From Octopus bimaculoides (Eukaryota), in contig NC_068986.1 of assembly GCF_001194135.2 (NCBI RefSeq), positions 47,526,611-47,568,633 on the forward strand: a stretch of 42,023 nucleotides of DNA. The letters are read 5' to 3'. Below, in pieces: positions 36,186 through 42,023 of this stretch. The notes beneath the pieces were generated by a model. It was not told the origin of the DNA. It worked only from the letters and a program-made list of their open reading frames with translations, and did not search any database. Position 1 is the stretch's first letter, and each line of letters opens with the position of its first letter. A program made the position numbers and the translations under genes.

Positions 36186-38382
36186 TTTAATTATATATAT
36201 TTATATATATATATATATATATNNNNNNNNNNNNNNNNNNNNNNNNNNNNNNNNNNNNNNNNNNNNNNNNNNNNNNNNNNNNNNNNNNNNNNNNNNNNNN
36301 NNNNNNNNNNNNNNNNNNNNNNNNNNNNNNNNNNNNNNNNNNNNNNNNNNNNNNNNNNNNNNNNNNNNNNNNNNNNNNNNNNNNNNNNNNNNNNNNNNNN
36401 NNNNNNNNNNNNNNNNNNNNNNNNNNNNNNNNNNNNNNNNNNNNNNNNNNNNNNNNNNNNNNNNNNNNNNNNNNNNNNNNNNNNNNNNNNNNNNNNNNNN
36501 NNNNNNNNNNNNNNNNNNNNNNNNNNNNNNNNNNNNNNNNNNNNNNNNNNNNNNNNNNNNNNNNNNNNNNNNNNNNNNNNNNNNNNNNNNNNNNNNNNNN
36601 NNNNNNNNNNNNNNNNNNNNNNNNNNNNNNNNNNNNNNNNNNNNNNNNNNNNNNNNNNNNNNNNNNNNNNNNNNNNNNNNNNNNNNNNNNNNNNNNNNNN
36701 NNNNNNNNNNNNNNNNNNNNNNNNNNNNNNNNNNNNNNNNNNNNNNNNNNNNNNNNNNNNNNNNNNNNNNNNNNNNNNNNNNNNNNNNNNNNNNNNNNNN
36801 NNNNNNNNNNNNNNNNNNNNNNNNNNNNNNNNNNNNNNNNNNNNNNNNNNNNNNNNNNNNNNNNNNNNNNNNNNNNNNNNNNNNNNNNNNNNNNNNNNNN
36901 NNNNNNNNNNNNNNNNNNNNNNNNNNNNNNNNNNNNNNNNNNNNNNNNNNNNNNNNNNNNNNNNNNNNNNNNNNNNNNNNNNNNNNNNNNNNNNNNNNNN
37001 NNNNNNNNNCACACACACGTATAGTGGACAAGCGAAAGGAAGTGGATGGCACGCAACACTTTTTGTGGGAGTTATATATATTTTTCATAACACTTTGAAT
37101 CCGCTCTTGGGTGCGTAGAACATGTTAATTGTATCAGCTATCATTCTCCTAATGTCTGATGAGATGAATGTGTTCAACCCACATAGTTTCTTTTCAGACA
37201 GTTTGAATGGTAGGTAAACCCACCAGCCGCCGTAATCAACAATTATCCATCACAGAAATGTTGTAAATGGATAGCACCAGGAAAGAACTGTTTAGTGAAA
37301 GTAAAAAACATTTTTTTCCTACGGATGTACAAATAGAAATGATAAGAAAGGGTGAAGAAGTGAAGTGGGAGGAAATACTGTATTATTACAGTTAGTGGAA
37401 GGATTACCATGTTAATGGGAAATTCGCTCTTTGTACCTCTAACTTGAGCCATAAATCTCCAGACACGCTGCATACACATATATATCGTTGAGTTAACATA
37501 CAACGTACGTAGCTTCAGACATATCAATACTATTATTGTTGTTGTCAGTTAGTCATTAGAAAATTGGTGGATTGGTGGTAGTAATGGTAATGTTGAGTGT
37601 ATTGGTTTTGCTGCTGGTGGTGATGTGTTGGCGAGTGGTGTAATTAGTTGTCGTGGTAGTCTTATTGTTCTTGTTTATTGTATTTTTGTTTCTGTTTGGT
37701 CTCAAGTCAATCTCATTGACCTAATCTCAAATACGTTTCATGTAGTTTTTTAAAAAATACACTAGGATACCACATCATCTAGGATACCACGATTTTCTTT
37801 TATTTGAGACGAAGTTTCTTATCTTGTTCATATTATTACTACTGTTGTTGGTTAATTAAGGAGTTAATGGGCTAGTAATAGCAGAGGTTGTATTGGTTTT
37901 GGTGCCGATGATAGTTGTGTTAGCGTTGATAGTGGTGGTGGCGAAAGTTGGTTTAGAAAGACAGGTAGGTACTTACATAGAGAGACAAATGCTCATTGTG
38001 ACCTATAAAAATGTACATGAACACGCTCACACAGACACATATACTTGCACGTATACACACATACACGCATGTGCATCTGTGGGGGTGATAAAGTTTATAT
38101 TTCACGAATTGTTAAACTATTTTGATCTTAGCTAAAAGGTTGAGAAGCATCCATTAGGCCAAGAAAGAAATATTGTTTCTAATTCTTAAAATCTATCCGT
38201 GTTTTCTTCACGGTAAAATTTCAGACAGTAGCCTAAAATTTGTGGTCATACATTACATTACAATTCCCGTAGCGAAACGCAGAGGATATATATATATATA
38301 TATTTATTTGAAGTTAAGCAACAAAAATTCAATAGGTGCCTCAAACATTTTAAGTACCACATTTAATCTTTTCATTAAATCT

Positions 38383-38383
38383 A

Positions 38384-38448
<65 letters not shown>
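38383..38448. repeat. (ATT)n microsatellite immediately left of the retrozyme-like locus
   Basis: Seen directly. Confidence 0.95.
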
Positions 38449-38453
<5 letters not shown>

Positions 38454-38640
38454 CACAGAGGGGGAACGCTAAGCAGTGATAAATGAAATTGCAATGTTAT
38501 TAACAGTCCGAATATACTTGATGCACATTCGAACTGGGGAACAAGCTACTCATTGCGTTTTGTCATGGAGAATATATCTCGTTTGTTGATAAATGGTGTG
38601 TATACACCTAGGTCAGCTCGCAGAGCCACCTACCAAGAAA

Positions 38641-38684
38641 GTGAGATGTTAACATTTCGGAGTAGTTGTCTCCTCATTGGTCAC
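38641..38684 (-). ncRNA. Second hammerhead copy with mutated core (CCAAUGA) and intact palindromic stem III
   Basis: Minus strand: GTGA CCAATGA GGAG acaacta CTCC GAA ATGTTAACAT C TCAC. Confidence 0.75.
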
Positions 38685-38993
38685 AAACACTAAGCAGACG
38701 ACATTGCGAGCTGAATTAAAAGATTACCTCTCTTATGCTTTTCCGGTTACCGTACCGTAACTGCGTTTTGCCACGGAGAGTATATTTCGCTTGTTGACAA
38801 ATGGTGTGTATACACCTAGATCAGCTCGCAGTGCAGTGAGTAGCTTCTTTCCTTGACATTGCTTAGCACTCTTCCTCCCTAATTTACTTACGGTGAGCCG
38901 TTGTATAGCGCTACCAGTCAACGTATGATGACTGGAAAAGCATAAGACAGGTAATCTCTTAATTCAGCTCACAGTATCATCTGCTGAGTGTCT

Positions 38994-39037
38994 GTGACTG
39001 ATGAGGAGACAACTACTCCGAAATTTTAACATCTCAC
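38994..39037 (+). ncRNA. Type I minimal hammerhead ribozyme, predicted cleavage after C39033 (AUC)
   Basis: Stem I GTGA(38994-97)/TCAC(39034-37); core CTGATGA(38998-39004); stem II GGAG/CTCC with loop ACAACTA; GAAA(39020-23); stem III ATTTTAACAT (consensus ATGTTAACAT). Confidence 0.88.
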
Positions 39038-39435
39038 TGTCTAGATAGGTGGCACTGCAAACTGATCTAGGTGTGTACACACCATTTGTCAACAAACGGG
39101 GTACATTCTCTGTGACAAAACTCAGGGAGTAGCTTCTTCCCCAATGCGAACGTGCATCAAGCATATTCGGTTTGAGGGTAACATTGCAATTTCCCTTATC
39201 ACTGCTTAGCGCTCCCCACCATAATTTACGTACGGTGAGCAGCCATATTGCACTGCCAATCACCGTACGATGACTGTAAAGGAATGAGAAGTAATCTCTT
39301 GATACATACATACATACATATGTGTGTACGTATATGCATGTATGTACGCATACATGTATGTATATTTGTGTGTATGCATATTTACATATATATAGATCTC
39401 TGTGTGTGTGTGTGTGTACATATGCATGCATACAA

Positions 39436-39476
<41 letters not shown>

Positions 39477-40144
39477 TATTTATTTATATATGTATGTATG
39501 TATGTATGCGTACATACGTACAAAAACGTATACATACATAAGAAGACAACGGCAAAGTGGGGCGCCAGCATGATTCGGCAAAGTACAGCTGTTCATTTGT
39601 AGTGTAATGTATTCCTATAGGTGGATAAACATCTCGTAAACATTGGGATCTTGAGGATCCTTACAGAATGCTTTCATCTTACTGCGGTGGTATATCTGGA
39701 GATTACAACCTTGGCAAAAATCCATCTATCGTCAAGCGTAATCCCTAATGTCTAAGCTCAACACTGTAGACTAACCGATAACTTCTCAATTATACAGAAT
39801 CCCTAATAGTTATAATTTTATTTTCTTGTATATCTTATTGTTTGTTCAGCAAAGTATAAAACGTTATAAATCTTTTGCAAGACTAGTTATTTTTAATTTC
39901 GAAATAATGTTTAGAAATGTATATTGAATCTGTTCAATATTTTACTGTGGTGGACTTCGCAGATCGATCAAATTAATACCAGTCAGCTCTTGACTTCTTT
40001 TGAATTATCTATAATCATGCCCAGTAATATTGTAACTTTTTGGGAAAGATGGGGAAAATAAATATAGCGGGGTTCAAAACTAGACTGTAATTATTTAATG
40101 CATATTAAATAATTATGTGAGCGTGTGTGTGTGTGTGTATGTGT

Positions 40145-40213
<69 letters not shown>

Positions 40214-41353
40214 GTTCCCTAGACGTATGTATGTATGTACACACACACACAGACACACACACACATATACACATATAGATATATAAAAGATATTGCAATA
40301 AATATTAAGATCACCTATATCGAACTTCGTAGCAAAAGCAGGAATATGTAGACAAAGCGTTAATGCTTGACCTAGCTAAATTCATAACCAAATATCAGTT
40401 ATATTACCTCCAGTATAGAAATCTCTAACCGATGATATACAGCTCACTCTGCTACATAACTATAAGCAAATACTACATAGGAAAGTACTAATAGAAACCA
40501 CATTCACTCACNNNNNNNNNNNNNNNNNNNNNNNNNNNNNNNNNNNNNNNNNNNNNNNNNNNNNNNNNNNNNNNNNNNNNNNNNNNNNNNNNNNNNNNNN
40601 NNNNNNNNNNNNNNNNNNNNNNNNNNNNNNNNNNNNNNNNNNNNNNNNNNNNNNNNNNNNNNNNNNNNNNNNNNNNNNNNNNNNNNNNNNNNNNNNNNNN
40701 NNNNNNNNNNNNNNNNNNNNNNNNNNNNNNNNNNNNNNNNNNNNNNNNNNNNNNNNNNNNNNNNNNNNNNNNNNNNNNNNNNNNNNNNNNNNNNNNNNNN
40801 NNNNNNNNNNNNNNNNNNNNNNNNNNNNNNNNNNNNNNNNNNNNNNNNNNNNNNNNNNNNNNNNNNNNNNNNNNNNNNNNNNNNNNNNNNNNNNNNNNNN
40901 NNNNNNNNNNNNNNNNNNNNNNNNNNNNNNNNNNNNNNNNNNNNNNNNNNNNNNNNNNNNNNNNNNNNNNNNNNNNNNNNNNNNNNNNNNNNNNNNNNNN
41001 NNNNNNNNNNNNNNNNNNNNNNNNNNNNNNNNNNNNNNNNNNNNNNNNNNNNNNNNNNNNNNNNNNNNNNNNNNNNNNNNNNNNNNNNNNNNNNNNNNNN
41101 NNNNNNNNNNNNNNNNNNNNNNNNNNNNNNNNNNNNNNNNNNNNNNNNNNNNNNNNNNNNNNNNNNNNNNNNNNNNNNNNNNNNNNNNNNNNNNNNNNNN
41201 NNNNNNNNNNNNNNNNNNNNNNNNNNNNCCTCTTTCTCTTCTCTCTTACTCGTGTAATCGTTTATGTGCAAAGACTCGCACGCGTGCACTCATAAATATT
41301 TACACTTAAGCAAATAAATGAATCAACTCAAAACATTCTTTACTAAAACATAC

Positions 41354-41354
<1 letters not shown>

Positions 41355-41440
<86 letters not shown>
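41355..41440. repeat. (CTAT)n/(CTGT)n microsatellite
   Basis: Seen directly. Confidence 0.95.
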
Positions 41441-41441
<1 letters not shown>

Positions 41442-41530
41442 CCCCTTCTCTCTCTATGGTATATATACACATACATGTGTGTGTGTGTGTGTATAAATAT
41501 ATGGGTATGTTTATACATATATATATATGT

Positions 41531-41575
<45 letters not shown>

Positions 41576-41697
41576 CACACACACAAATATGTACGCATAT
41601 AAGTACATATGTATAGATATATATGTATATATGTGTGTGTATGTATATAGATCTTCTGCACACAAATTAATGTTGTGTGGTGTGAGAGCCGGGCCTA

Positions 41698-41770
41698 CGC
41701 CATCCATCCATCCACTCGTCCATCCATCCATCCATCCACCCGTCCATCCATCCATCCACCCGTCCATCCA
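41698..41770. repeat. (CCAT)n microsatellite
   Basis: Seen directly. Confidence 0.9.
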
Positions 41771-42023
41771 TACATACATATTTCATTCTTCACATTTCTT
41801 ACGTCAAACTAATGCACTGTATTTGTATTTTTTTAAACCTCGTCTTTACGCTATACACACCAACACACGCAAATACATACATACATTATAGTCCCAAGAG
41901 GGACTTATGAAAAAAAAATCAGTAAAAATGAACTATGCATATATATCTTGTATATGAATATGCATATATATCTATCTATTTATATACATTTATATGTATA
42001 TATATATATGTATATATATATAT

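Larger units (their letters stand above)
38461..39300. mobile_element. Putative non-LTR retrozyme locus: ~340-nt unit as a minus copy (38461-38760), a short minus fragment (38761-38834) and a plus partial tandem (38835-39300)
   Basis: gcttagc recurs at 38861 and 39204; taatctctt at 38952 and 39292 (period 340-343). The minus arm aligns ungapped to 38934-39160 at roughly 85% by eye. Contains hammerhead cores; no meaningful ORF. Confidence 0.85.

Noticed and set aside
37157-37195. CTGATGAG followed by a small stem
   Set aside because: No GAAA after the stem.

Overview
AT-rich, gap-containing animal genomic DNA (nine N runs) made mostly of repeats, microsatellites and unassigned sequence. The SINE families and microsatellite load look like Octopus/cephalopod (from recall, not a search). 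No host gene could be assembled with confidence. Recognisable parts: a Gypsy/Ty3 LTR-element 5' end with tRNA-Pro PBS and decayed SCAN-like gag; an ORF start running off the left edge on the minus strand; a CR1/L2-group LINE 3' end; an internally deleted mariner with both TIRs; a decayed piggyBac; two R4/Dong-like LINE fragments; several MITEs; about 15 copies of a tRNA-derived SINE plus several CORE-SINEs. The standout is 38461-39300: a ~340-nt non-coding unit present as partial tandem and inverted copies, carrying a minimal type I hammerhead ribozyme (CTGATGA-GGAG-acaacta-CTCC-GAAA, palindromic stem III, AUC cleavage site). This matches the architecture of a non-LTR retrozyme (self-cleaving, circRNA-forming retroelement).
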